The notes under the pieces are model-generated. The model was not told the DNA's origin, did no database searches, and saw only the letters and a list, made by a program, of their open reading frames with translations. A DNA stretch of 52,550 bases from Girardia tigrina (taxonomy: Eukaryota): NCBI GenBank assembly GCA_001938485.1, contig MQRK01189838.1, positions 4,076-56,625 on the forward strand, read 5' to 3'. The translations under genes were made by a program, and so were the position numbers. Positions 12,327-25,870 of this stretch are shown here, piece by piece (position 1 is the first letter of the stretch; each line of letters starts with the position of its first letter).

Positions 12327-12787
12327 TGAGAGGAATATTTTAAATTTGGTATGTTGAATTTTGTATGTTGAGTTTAGTATTTGGAAAATGTGTTCCTCCC
12401 ACCCAGATGGAAAATTGATATTTTAGATGTACACGATAGATAATTATTCGAACATAATTTGCATTTTAAATTGCAGTATAAGATATTTTAAAAACTTGAA
12501 AAATATTAAATTGTTACAAATTTCAGTATTAAAAGTTTAAAAAAGTAAATAACTTTTAACTAATTTTTAAATTAATTAAATAAATGTTTTTCTTTAAATA
12601 AAATCATTTTTAAAATTAAATTAATATGTAGATAAAATTTATTCGAATAGTTGTTTATTAAAAAACATTAAAATTTATCAATTTAGAACGATGTCGAATT
12701 ACGAATGTTTTGCTGAGCGTTGTCCAAAAGACAATTCTGATTGTATTGAAAATAAATGTTCGAAAATCCATATTGGTGTTCTTAATA
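12327..12787 (+). mobile_element. Solo LTR, Gypsy family A
   Basis: TGAGAGGAATATTTT...GGTGTTCTTAATA, closely similar to 18638-19156; degenerate TSD ggtac/tgtat. Confidence 0.85.
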
Positions 12788-14477
12788 TGTATTATTATCA
12801 ATAAATAATTATTTTTCAATTAATTATGTTTACATGCAAATGTCTGAGGTAAATCATTATATTATTTATAATATTTCGATTGCATTATTTTTTGGAATAT
12901 AAAAATCTTATTTTTTTTTCTTTTCATTGTCATAATTTTATTTGTATTTTTTATAATTAAAAACATTTATTACAATAGATACAATATGAATGCAAAAGAT
13001 TTTATTGGAAAAAAATTTTTTTTCTCTTCAAAATTTTTCATTCCATTTATTAATTGAAAGAAAAATATTTTTAAAAAGAAAAAAACCCTTTTATTTTCAG
13101 ACTAATTATTAATTATTCATTTTTCAATGTATTTTTGTTATGAAAACCGAAAAAAAGAAAAAAAAAGTTTTCTTAATAGAAGATTTATTTTCAAAAGAAG
13201 AAAATATAAAATAAAAATACAATATTTGACTTATATATTTGAAATAAATCCCTTTCGGCGATTGACTAAATTCCATTATTTACACGGTAAAATTTTTCAA
13301 AGAAGGTTTTAGATTAATTTTTGCTGGCAGCATTTTTTTCTATTTTTTCATTTAAAATATTTGTTTTTTATTTATTATTGATGAAGTTTACTGTGCTTTG
13401 ATTTACTAAATCTTTTTCTTTGTATATTTTTTTGTTTCAAATCATTAAGAATGCTTTTAATTCGGTCATTTTGTTAATAAAAGAATTAAATAATAATTAA
13501 ATTAAATTTATTTAATTAAAAAAAATTAAAAAGATCTTTTTACATTTTTTAATAAAAAAAATAATAAAAAATAAAATTAATAATAAATTTAATAAAAAAT
13601 AATTTAATTTATATTTTCTTTTTCTTTCAAATTTAAGTTTATAATTTTGTATTTTTTCGTTAATTTAAAGTTGGATAATTGTGTTTTATTTTCACTTTCT
13701 TATTTTTTGACATAAAATCTTAGTGACATTTAAATGGAATTTTTTCTATAATAAATTAATAATTCGGGAAAAAATTTAAAGTAAACTGGTAAGAAAACAT
13801 CATTTATGAAAAGGAATTTTATTTTTCAATAAGTATGATAAGATATTTATTTTTTTACTATTATTTATTAATTTAGTATATATAATTAAATATAAATTAT
13901 TTAATAAAAAAAATTTTTTCAGATTATTTGTAATTAAAGTATTAATAGATGAATAATTATTTAAAGAAAATATTTTTCATTTGTAAATAAATATTTAAAT
14001 ATAAATATTTGAAAATTATTTAATTCCTAAAATTTATAAAATCAAAAATTTTTTTTAGACAAATTTAATATATTTTAATTAATTTAATTTAGTTATATTT
14101 AGTTAAATCTATTTTTAATCACAACATTTTTTTTCATTTTGTTTCTAATGAAAACATGTTTATTTTAAAAATTATATGAGAATAAAATATTAATTTTATT
14201 GTTTTATACATCAGAAAGATCAGTTTAATGTTCAAATTCAAGAAAATTCATTTGCAATCAAGAAAGAAAGTTTTTAAGCCTATTTGCATTTATAAAAGAA
14301 GTATCTTCCTATTTTGAAGTTTTACAAGCATCGTTTTATTTATTTTTTGATTTTAAAATGCATTTTTCGCTTACCGACAAACACTCAGTAGCTCATACGT
14401 GGCCATGAAATCAGAAACCAGAAGAATATGAATGTGAGATTGAAGTAATATTTCACCCTATACCTTGATGAATCAAC

Positions 14478-14530
14478 ATAGGCGCCTACAAGGGGGCAAG
14501 GACGGTCATCTGCCCCCCTGGAATTAAAAA
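14478..14530 (+). mobile_element. Single end of a hAT-like element
   Basis: CATAGGCGCCTACAAGGGGGCAAGG...CTGCCCCCCTGGAA, a typical GC-rich hAT terminal hairpin. Confidence 0.45.
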
Positions 14531-15470
14531 TTAAATCTATACAAAAAAACAAAATTTAAATAGTAAACTAAAGAAAGAAAGAGATATATCAACATCTTTG
14601 TAAGGGATATATAATTATTTTATTTCTGATTATTATTAAAATTTTATAATATGTGTTTTTATAAATATTACTGTGAGGAATGCCGAAGAATATTTTCATT
14701 GCATTATGCAAGTTGTGGACAAAAATGTTCAGCATATAAATATGAAAATAGAGCTACCTCGTCTAGCAAATATTCAAAATGGGTTATTATAAAATATTTT
14801 CCGGTCCGCTGAGGCAAAAATAAATATAATTGCAATCGGCTATAATTAATTTTTTTGACAAATTCAAGACTTTATTTTTCAAAATTAACGAATTGATAGC
14901 ACCTTTTTTATCACTGACTCCTTTTAACTTCAAATTAATTCGAAAATTGAAAATCGAACTCTTCTTTTTTTAATTGAAATTGTGACATTGTCAAGTACAC
15001 TAACTCAAGAATAAATAATGTTATTTTAGTTTTTTCGTCCATGCTTTATTTTTTTTTGCATTTGAATGTGCTTTTTTATTAAGTTATCACATGTATAAAA
15101 AAGTTTTTTATATTACCACGTTTTGTTCGTTTACATTATTTTTTTATTATTTTTCTTTTTTCTCCTTATTTTTTCCTCTCAAATCTAAACTAGAACTTCT
15201 TTCTTTTAACTATTCTCTTTCAATTTTTATTTTCACTTTTTTAAAATATTTTATTTCATTCAAATCAGTAAAATTTTATAAAAAATATTTTTTTCCATAA
15301 AAAATTTTATCGAAAATACTTAATGTAAAAAACATCTAAATTATATTAAATAATATAAAATTTATTAAGAAGAGAACTATCTACTTAAAAATAGAAAGTA
15401 GTTTCATTGGTTTATAAAAAAAATTTTGACAAACAAACAGACAAAAAAAAGCAAGCTAATTAAAACTTGG

Positions 15471-18190
15471 TAATAAAAATACGTAATGTTTCCATTTTGT
15501 ATCGTGATAAAATACAATTTATGATATTTTTACTTGATATATTATATAAAATATTTTTTTATTATTTTCGGATATCTTAATTGTTAAATAATTGTTTATA
15601 GTTGAAGTTATCTTTTTATGGGATGTTTAAACATTGAATCGAAAATAATTGGAGTTTTTTATTGAATTAATTGTAACATTTACATCCATTGATTTGATAT
15701 GCATTGATGGAACTTTCTATATTGTACCATCAATCTTCATTCAACTGTTTTTGAAACCAGTAGACAAAAATGTAATTTGCTTTTACCTACATTTTTTATC
15801 CTACTGAAAGCAAGTGGACGATCTCATTATAAAGCCATAATAGAGAAAATTCAGGATTTGGTTAATAATTTTATCCCACCTTTTCTGATAAGTGACTTTA
15901 AGACAGCACTGATAAATTGAATACAGTATCATTTTCCAGAATTCTCTTGTCAAGGTAATTTCTTTCACTTCAAACAAACAAACATAAGAACAATTGGTGA
16001 ATTACATCTCAAGATTTCTATTGTCAAAACAAGGTAGCTAATCAATAGTTTAATTTAATCTTTGCCATTAGTTCCTTACTGTCTGATAAAATAGTGAGTT
16101 TCTTAGAGAGATTGTCACAGCTTAACTATAAAAATAATACCTGAAGACAAAAGAAGACTGCCTAGGAACATGGTTTAGATACTTAATACTTATTAATTGG
16201 TATAATTCTTCTACTTTAAATAAAAAAATTTAGGAGAGTTTTAATAAAAACTAAATTAAGCTTTGCTATATTTCACTCTAACATAGAACATTTTTTGAAA
16301 AATCAAACTTGATGATTGATGACGAGTCTTTAGACTTCATCAGGATTTGAACACCACTCATCAAAGAGCAATCATTAGTACTCTTGTAATATCCGCTGAA
16401 TTGAAATCTCAATAAGTAAACAATGAAATAATTAAATTTCAATTTTTATGCTGTCATTTTAATATGACTGACATTACAGATTGAATAAAAACAAGTTTTG
16501 ATGGGTTACCAGACATAGTCAATAGCAATGATGACCTTGATATATCAAGTGATTTGGAAGATGGAGATTTTTGTACCAATTAACAGGCTATTGATTTTCT
16601 TATATAATTTCAAAGTAAAAGGACATGCTGCCATATAACTAGTAGCATACATTAGGAATAAACTAAATTAAGTGACATGATAATGTTAATCAATAGGTTA
16701 ACTTCTCAATCCTAAGCAATCGATTCTTATATCATCATTGTTGTTGTGTATTTGTCACCATGTTTGCACTTGATGAGTCATCGTTTGACTCGGAGTATAA
16801 TCCGGTGTATACATGAGCAATGAAAACAGGATAACATACGATAATTTTTATTTACAATAAACGCTTTCCAGTTATTTGTTCATAATTCAAAAAATTATGT
16901 TTATTTAAACAAAATTAATTTTTATATTGAATTAATTTGTAAGTCTAATTTTTTCACCAAAATATGTGGAACTCATGGTCACTTATTATTTATTAATCAC
17001 AATTTATTTATTAAAATTAAATTAATAAAGTTAATATACGTTTTTTAAATCAAATTTTGATAAATTTTTGTTTAAATTTACTTTTAAGGCTACCCAGTAA
17101 ATCTCTGTCGCATGTTGATATACTTATATCCGTATCACACATACATATTACTAACAAATATTTCATACTAATAGGACCAGCTTTCTATATAAAATCTTAG
17201 ACTTAAATTCGAGAATGCTAAAAGTGTCACATTAACTGGACGTGAGTCTAATATGAATTTTAGATTTCTCACTTTAAATTTAGGAGTTTTCATTTTAAAT
17301 TTAGATTTATATTAATTACGTTTATCTTCACTTTTCGTGTTATTGTGGAAATAGTTTACTTTTGGTATAGTTAATAACTTTTTTTAATTAATAAAGCTTA
17401 ATTGAATGAGAAAAGCAAATAATTTCTTTAAAATAAGCTATTTAAACGATTGTGTGAATAGCTTTGTGTGAAATTGTTCAGAATGAAAATATCTCAATTT
17501 AAAGTGAAAAACATAATTAAATTATATATATCAGTAAAATAATTTTTTTTAATGTTGAAACACAGTGAAAGATCTTGATACAGTTATCAGAATCTTTCAG
17601 TGGAATACATATATCTAGAAAAAATAATAACTAAATTTTTAAAACTTTAAACATTGAAAAATAAAAAAAAACGCAATCTACAAGGTCATAAAAGAAGGGA
17701 ACAACAATTGTAAAGTTGCAAACTTTATGATTAGCGGAGAAACCAAACCATGATTCTAGGGCCGATTTTAAACAAAAAAATAAATATTTAGAAATTGCAT
17801 AATATGCGTGTTATTACGTGTACCAAACTCTCTCTTCAAACAAAAGCACTTAATAATTAAAACAACTATTATAAATTAAAAAAAATTAAATAGTTTATTT
17901 AAAAAATATATAAATTTTATTTGTAATTTATATGCTATTATAAGAATATACACAAATAAATAACTAGATACTTCTTGCAGAAGTCATCTTTTATTATAAA
18001 GTTAAATAACCCTGCAAAGATTATTTTTATGTGATATCAAAAGATAACTACAAATATGATAAATGATTTATCAATTAAGATATCCCAAAATAGTTAACAA
18101 ATATTTTATATAATATATCAAGTAAAAATATAATAAAATTGTATTTTATTCATCACGATAAAAAAATGCAAAAACACGTATTTTTTAATA
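15471..18190 (+). mobile_element. Decayed Mutator/MULE element with ~120-bp inverted repeats
   Basis: 15471-15595 is the inverted counterpart of ~18060-18190. The interior (~15700-16000, +) encodes CIDGTFYIVP, ISDFKTALIN, HFP and QGNFFHFKQ, which are MULE DDE motifs. Ends are approximate. Confidence 0.7.
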
Positions 18191-18637
18191 AAAAGTACAT
18201 TCAAATTTCTGCAATAATACTTTCATAATTTGTGTCAAAATTATTTAAAATATATAAAACAAAAGAAATTGATTATTTTATTAGTACTATAGAAGTATGG
18301 TATTTATTATTTAAGATATTATATCAGTTTATATGTTATATTCCCTCTTATTTCTTTTAGAATTTTTAATCTGTTCTAAAAATAAAAGGAAACCATAATA
18401 ACTGTTTGTTCTAAATTAATAGAATAATGCTTTGAGATTAGAGTTACAAAAAAATATGTAAAAATTATATTATATATTATTACATTCAGATTTTGAGTAA
18501 TTAAATTAATATATTTATTATTTTTTTATACTTATTAATTAATTAAAATTAATTATAAATTATAAAAAATAATTTACATTTATTACTTTAATAAGCAGAA
18601 TAAATGTTTATAATGTAAAAGTAATTAATTTTGTGAT

Positions 18638-19156
18638 TATTAAGAACACCAACATGGCTTTTCAAACTTTTATTTTCATTACAATCAGAATTGTCTTTTG
18701 GACAACTCTTAGCAAAACTCTCGATATTCGACATCGTTCTAAATTGATAATTTTTTATTCATGTTTCTTAATAAACAATTATTCGAACAAATATTTCATT
18801 ATTTTCTGATTTTATTTTTAAAGTTCAATTTTGTAGTTTTAGTATTAATTTTTATTTACATATTAATTTTATTTAAAAATTATTTTATGTAAAGAAAGAA
18901 CATTTAATTAATTCAAAACTTAGTTAAACTATCTATTTTATTCAAATTTTAATATGAAGATTTTATATTTTTAATGTTTTTAAATATCTTATGTTATACT
19001 TTAAAATATAAATTATACTCAAATAATTATTTATCGTGAACATCTAAAATATCAATTTTCCATCTGGGTGGGAGAAACACATTTCCAAATACTAAACTCA
19101 ACATACAAAATTCAACAAACCAATTTCAACATACCAAATTTAAAATATTCCTCACA
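18638..19156 (-). mobile_element. Solo LTR, Gypsy family A
   Basis: TGTGAGGAATATTTT...GGTGTTCTTAATA with a perfect TSD GTGAT (18633-18637, 19157-19161). Confidence 0.9.
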
Positions 19157-20117
19157 GTGATATTAATTAATTTCAATTCAAATATATTAATGAACTAACA
19201 AATTATATTATTATTGTTATCCATTTAAAATAAAATGACTAATTCCGATTCTAAGATTTATTAATTAAAACAATATCTATAATCTCTACTATTTAATGGG
19301 GAAATAGTGATGTTATAATGACTCACATTTTCAAAGCCTTTTAATTGGTTAACAATCTCAAACATACACATACTATAAATATACATTCAGCATACATTCA
19401 ACATCAGACAATTAACCCATTTTATTGTATCATCACAACTGACTTTACGCAATAAATTTCATCAGCAATCACTCAATAATTATTATGTAATTGATCTTAG
19501 TTTTTCTCTTTGTAACAAACAATATTTATTACTTAACTATTACTACTAACAATTATTATAAAGTTTAAGTTTATTTTTTCTTCAAAACAAAAATTCCATT
19601 CTTATTTTCAGTAAATAAATTTCCATTGTTATTTTTAGAAAAAAAGTTTTTTTATCAAAGTATATTTTTCGTGGCTAATTTCATTTACATCCATTCCAAA
19701 AATTTATTATTTATATATATTAATATTCTGTTAATTATACTCAAAAAAAATTTCTAATTCTTTTAAATTATTTTATTGTTTATCTTGGTTTTACATTCCA
19801 ATAATAATAATAATAATGCGCTCGGATCCCGGCCAAATCGTTATCATCCAACGTGGCGATCATTGATAAAATAAATTCGATTTATGAAAAGATAATAATT
19901 CGATAAAAAACACAATGCAAAGAGGTTCCACACTTTATTTTTAAAACCACCCGAAAATTAGAATATTCAAACAAATATATTTTATTGTTTTTTGTATTTT
20001 TTTCAGAACCCGTTGCTTAATTTTCTGTTATTATCATATTACTTTCCACTTTGATTATTTCCTTCATTTGTGTTTGTCATTAAAAATCGATATTTTAAAA
20101 TAATTCGATTTTAAATA

Positions 20118-20352
20118 TCTTATCTTATAAAAGCCTAAGTCACTCACTGCTTCACTAACGCTCATATTATCTACTTACAATTGTAAATAGATATTTATAT
20201 TAATAATAATTCATATGGAAAATTATTATTAGCAGAATTATTCATGATAATTTTCAATATGAATTATTATTAATATAATTATCTACTTACAATTGTAAGT
20301 AGATAATATGAAATATAATTATATCCGTCATACATGACGGCTTATTTACTAG
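20118..20352 (+). mobile_element. Non-autonomous Helitron with a long internal palindrome
   Basis: TC start, CCGTCATACATGACGG hairpin and CTAG^T end; shares sequence with 5923-6138. Confidence 0.8.
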
Positions 20353-21211
20353 TATCACAATAATAATAACAATAAAAGTTATAATAATAAAAATATTAAT
20401 AATCCATTCAGTTTAAATAAAAGATTTAGTACAAATAAATTCATAAATAAGAGTGACTTAAGAAAAAAATTATTAAAAAGTGGTATACAGATAGAAAAAG
20501 GATGTGAAAGAAAGACAAGAAATTAAGTAATTTTCAGATTTTATTTATTTTTTATTTGCTTCTTAAATTAACTAAATTAATTATTTTATTGACTATTAAT
20601 TATTAAATAATGAAATAGTTTTCTTTTATTCAAAGAAAATTTTACAAATTTGATACACCAAATATATGTGTAAATAGAGAGAAGAAAACTGCTTCATATT
20701 TTATAAATAATCACACAAGATTGAGTTCTTTTTTTCAATAGAATTTGTGAGTAAAAACAGAATATTTTCTGATTAATTAAAGCGCTAAATATTCCCGTAT
20801 AAAACGACTATTATACATTAAAGTTTCCTATAAAAATCCCATTTTATAAACAAGAAAAAAATTCTCGAAGTCACAAAAAGATTTACAAGAAAAATAATTA
20901 ATCTTCAATCATAAAAACAAAGTTGACATGTGTAAAATAGAATCAACGACACCGTCAATTTAATATTAATGAATATCAATAATAAAACTTTCGTGTAAGA
21001 TTTTTTTACTCTTTTTTGACAGTTTGATTAGTTTAAATAATTTTTTTTCTTGAAATAATTTACCGATATTTCAAAATTGAAATTGTACATGGAACACCTC
21101 CATTGAACATTAGAGAACACTTAAACAACCTTAAGATATTTATATTTGTATAAATAACGTTATTTCAGCTAAACAACTAGAAGAAATTGAATATAAAAGC
21201 TGTATATTTAA

Positions 21212-21442
21212 CCCTTAATAACCTAGAGTTTCACTTTTGATACTAATCTTTTAAACCGAATGTTCACATTACTATTAGTTATTTTTATAGGTTGGCTGTA
21301 CGTATTTTACTGTTGTATAATATTCTTTCCAACGAAATTAAAAAAAATCAAATGTCGTTATTGTTTTATTTTATCTATGACATTTTACTTGCGCGGCAAA
21401 GTGAACAAGTAAAATCACTTTCGTAAATCAGGCTACTAAGGG
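21212..21442. mobile_element. piggyBac-type MITE
   Basis: TTAA-CCCTTAATAACCT...AGGCTACTAAGGG-TTAA. Confidence 0.85.
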
Positions 21443-21714
21443 TTAACTACAAATATACAATAACATGAACAAACGTAAACTTGACTAGACGTAAATGTGA
21501 AATGCCGCGCGTCGCGGTGACGCCTTTATCGAACGAAGTTGAGCGATCTACACCGATCGCATCGCACGAAGTCACGAGCGTGCTTTCATAGCGTAGTAGA
21601 ATAATGTATACGTTGCGCCCGCGTTTCCAGTATCTCTCTAATAAATCCATATTTGTCACTTTTTCTTTTTTATCATTTAATTTTTTATATTTAATTTTAA
21701 TTTTTTTATTTAGT

Positions 21715-21810
21715 GAGGTGGCGCCGAGTGAAAGAGGCGCTTGCCGGCGCCTTTTTCACTCGGCGCCCTTGTGCGGGGCACAATATGAACAATCATACGC
21801 GGCGGCCCTG
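21715..21810 (-). mobile_element. Single end of a hAT-like element
   Basis: The minus strand starts CAGGGCCGCCGCGTATG and has repeated GGCGCC subterminal motifs. Confidence 0.5.
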
Positions 21811-22859
21811 TCTGTTCACAACTCCAAATTAATTAAAAATTCAAAAACTTTTTAACTTTTCCCTAAAAGCACACCATAATAAAAAAATGTTGGATCGTCA
21901 TACATGTCTTCTAAGGAAGAGTTCTTGTTTTATAAGTTTCTTCTGCAAATTAAAAAACTGTAGACTTTCTATGAATGCTAAATAATTTCTTTACAAAACA
22001 CAATTCGGAATGGAAGAGAAAACTTCATTCAATTTATACAGTGAATCTGGGATGCTTGGCAATTTATCCGGTCTTGTCGGGTTAATAAAAATAGCGTCTA
22101 AACGTTCAACATTGATGTTTAATAGGCAACAAAAGTTCATCCAGCTAAAAGAAGTAATATCAATTTTTATTACCGTAAGGATAAATATTTATATCTATAT
22201 TATTTTTACTATACGAAGATAATATTTGCAATATTATAATAATGGATCCAAAATATTCTGAATTAAGTCTCTTGATGATTTTTGTTTAAATAAACAAAAA
22301 ACGCACACTTTTTTAAATAAGAATAAATTTTTGAAATTTCGACTTATTAATTATTGATGGAAAATTCTTAAAATTACCATTGTGAATTTTTTGAGAAGCA
22401 GAGCGCTAAACCATCATTGTTTTAAAGCACTGTGGCTATTAATAAAAATTTATTCTAAAAATAATTAGTCTGTTAAAGTTTTTATGAGACATATTTAGGA
22501 TGTCTTATAAAAAACTTTCAAGGGGTCCATTATATCAAAAAGGTTAAGTCTTAGAGGAAGAGCCCAATAGTTATTTGTAATTCGACCTAGCTCGATTATC
22601 TCTTTTTCTTTTCGGTTGTTGAGCAGATCACAGTAATTTATTTTTCCTCTTTTGTTTATTAACATTTTATATTATAGTTATTGTTTGTGAAGGAAGTATC
22701 AAAACTGAATATTTATTTTAAAGTACTTATTTAAATAATATACTTCATGCAACAAACATGTTTAAATATTCTTGTAAAAAAAGTTAACTCAGCTCAATAT
22801 ATGTGAAAATTATCTAGATTAGAATTATTAAATACGTCTGATTTTTTTCGTCTTTATTT

Positions 22860-23447
22860 CTCTTTTTCCAAGATCATGAATAAGAAACGTTTGTATCAGA
22901 TAACATAAGACAACTTAATTACGGTTTTCTAGAGAAAGTCAAGCATTTTATGAAGGGTCTTTTTAGGTATGACATTATATATGAAGAGAGAACAGAAACT
23001 AACTTTTTATTAAACGAAACGATTAAAAAAAACTTACGTATTTATTAGAACATTTATAATGAATGAAATAAGTTGAACCAATATTTGATTTTGTAAATAC
23101 ATAAATTCAAGTGTTAAAAATAGATATTGCACACTCTGCTTTCACGAAATGAATTTGAGTTGGAACTTCTGCATTATCCTCCATACTCAGTAGACTTTTC
23201 TTCAACTGACTATCATTTTTTCCTCAATTTGAACAACCATATGATAGGAAAGAAATTTAAATATAAAATGCCGTAAAAATGACCTTTAAGGAATTTATAG
23301 ATTTCCACCTACTAAATTTTTAGTCAAATGGCAAAAATGAGTCGATAATATAGGTACATACTTTGATGAATGACATAAATATTTTTGTCAGTAAATTATC
23401 AATAAACGCTAACTTTAGTTCTAAAAATTTCATACTTGACGACCTAA
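22860..23447 (+). mobile_element. mariner transposase remnant and right TIR
   Basis: ELLHYPPYSVDFSSTDYHFFLNLNNHMIGKKF resembles the mariner HPPYSPDLAPSDYHLF motif. It ends CATACTTGACGACCTAA-TA; the left boundary is uncertain. Confidence 0.75.
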
Positions 23448-23500
23448 TAATTACAAATATTTTTTAGGTAATTAAATTTATTAAAAATAATATTACAAAC

Positions 23501-23548
<48 letters not shown>

Positions 23549-24011
23549 TAGCACGGGTGTGGTTGACATTGTTTATTAAACAATTAACTATTTTTATAAT
23601 GATTGTAGATTCCATCATTGATTTCCGCTTTTCTCATGTAAAATTCTCTTCAGTATTATTACTTACATTCCTATTTATTTAAGCATTTTTTTTGTTTTGA
23701 ATGATGAACATATAGTTCTTTTTATCAAAAATGAGATCTTGTTGGTTGTTTATGAACAAAGGATTTCTTCTGAAACAATAATTCCTTTGTGTAGAGGTTG
23801 TGTAAAGTCTTTTTTATATGACTCTGTAAAATAACATTAGATTATATTTCACTTCTGTAACTGTAAGTGTTAAGGATCGGTCGATTTTAGCAGTAGCGGG
23901 ATACAGCGGATCATGGGAGCGCTCGGTCTCGGAAAAGATATGTTGGCCCCATAAATTGATTAGAAAATCGCACAGGGTTTATATAACCGTTGAAGAAATC
24001 TTATCATCGTT

Positions 24012-24378
24012 TTAACTGCATATATCCAATAACTTTGGATCACTTAATTTTTTATTATGTCGTTTGTCAATCTGAAACTGTCCAGGAGAATAATATTTAT
24101 GAGGACATGCCAATTTGCGCCAGTGAGAACTGACAACAAATCCTAAGAGGAATAAAGTAAAAATTGAGCTTTTAAGATATGTTGATAGAAATGGTTTATT
24201 ATAATTTTTTTCACAAATATATATGATCAGTTCTGATGATAAGACCCAAATTAAGTTAACCAAAATCAAAATATATGTATCCAATATCAAATGTTTTTTT
24301 TGGAAACCATCATCAGATAAAAAAACACTTATTTTCTTTTTTGTAATCGAAATAGGTTATTTTATACGACTCATTCAT
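24012..24378 (-). pseudogene. SLC35F5: SLC35F5-like solute carrier, disrupted N-terminal fragment
   Basis: ILILVNLIWVLSSELIIYI..NYNKPFLSTYLKSSIFTLFLLGF..W resembles the SLC35F5 N-terminus (VDVIWVASSEL..YNKPFFSTF.K.SMF.LYLLGF) as I recall it. The ATG at 24378 is out of frame, stops follow, and I saw no later exons. Confidence 0.75.
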
Positions 24379-24959
24379 AGTAAAATCACAACATTGTTTT
24401 ACCATCATTTATTTAAAATTCATCGAAATTTCATCAATTTTTAAATCAGATCCTTAATCATTTTTTGAACATTCACAAGAATCAAACATCATTATAAAAA
24501 TTTCACAAATCATCAATTCACGAATACTTTTTTCTGAACAATGACAATGAGTCTAATTAACTTTAAACATTCGCAAAATTTATTTAAATCAAGCAAGCGA
24601 AAAGGCAAATGAAAATATTATCAGGGATTTTTATGGAGTTATGGAGATCTTTTCGAGGCAGAAACTTCGACATTTTTAAGTTACTTGATCGATAAGGCTG
24701 TTGATTGTTCATAAGAAGGAATGTAGGGTCGCATATATTGTATAAATACAAATATATATATATGATAAATAAATATAATAATTTAATTCTGAACAGTTAG
24801 TTATCGGAATTTTCTCTGGATTTGAATGACTCAAGTAAAAAGACGAAATTTGATCGCAGAAGAAAATATAAGTAGCATTGTTGAAGTGTGATATGGTATT
24901 AGTTGCGTCAGAAAATTCTTAAATTAACAAACAAACAAATTTTAAAATTCAATAAATAG

Positions 24960-25400
24960 TTGTATAAGCAAACTAATGGGGATGGCATGGGTTCACCGTT
25001 GATTAACAACAAATTGAGACTCTGAATGGTGTTTTATTGGAATCAATCTTTAGTTAATAAAATATATATTGATATATTTTTAGTTTTTAAAAATCAGGTG
25101 ATGTATTTCTATTTTAAAGATTTATAAATTCTTTACATCAAAATGTTGATTTTACAGATGAAAATGAAACAAATGGAGCCTTATCTTTTGTGGATCTTTT
25201 GTTTGTAAGAAAATTCCTTAGTTACGAGACTGGATTTTATAAGAAGCAAACTTATACATGCTTATATACTTCACCGGACAGAGTATATGAAGCGAAATAT
25301 AAAAGAAACATGATAGAGGCTTAATTTATCGCCCTTGGTCGATGTCTTAAATCTATAGAAAGGGTTAATAAATTAAGTTTTCGTTAAATAAATTTTGAGA
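24960..25400 (+). mobile_element. Penelope-like reverse transcriptase remnant
   Basis: YKQTNGMA/GSPL and VDFTDENETNGALSFVDLLFVRK...ETGFYKKQTYTCLY; frameshifted. Confidence 0.75.
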
Positions 25401-25684
25401 ATTTCAGAAATATTCGAAAAAATCAATTTATCAGCACTTTTTCAAAGATGTTGATATGGATTCTGAATGTACGTATATGAGTTACTATTCAAGTGAATGA
25501 GCACATTTTTGATATTCTGCTTCCTTCTGCCTCTAAAATCAATGTGCAATATGTGCAAATTTGCACATTATGCTAATTATAGGAAAAAGTAATCAATATA
25601 TGGAATTTATATATCTGTTAAAATTGTATTATTCAAACAATTCAATATTCTAAGTTTCTTTAAATCAAATGGCAATTTCGTCAA

Positions 25685-25798
25685 TAAACAAAAATAACAC
25701 CATTTTAATTTTAAATTTTTATTTGAATCGAAATAAAAAATAAGCGAAACATGTTTTCAAATAAAAATTTAAAATTAAAATGGTGTTATTTTTGTTTA
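25685..25798. repeat. Perfect 43-bp inverted repeat with a 28-bp spacer, made of Penelope terminal-repeat tail
   Basis: 25685-25727 is the exact reverse complement of 25756-25798, and the right arm matches the tail at ~51-92. Confidence 0.9.
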
Positions 25799-25828
25799 AT
25801 TCAATATTCATATACTAAACATCCAAAA

Positions 25829-25870
25829 ATTGCTGATGATGATGTATGTAAACATCGAAACATGTCCAAT
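25829..25870 (+). ncRNA. Intact minimal type I hammerhead ribozyme
   Basis: attg-CTGATGA-T-GATGT(ATGTAA)ACATC-GAAAC-AT-GTC^caat has all core residues. Same terminal repeat as 6188-6275, followed by (AT)n. Confidence 0.85.

Noticed and set aside
12327-19156. A single 6.8-kb element with ~500-bp terminal inverted repeats
   Set aside because: The two arms are solo LTRs in opposite orientation, and the right one has its own perfect TSD (GTGAT).
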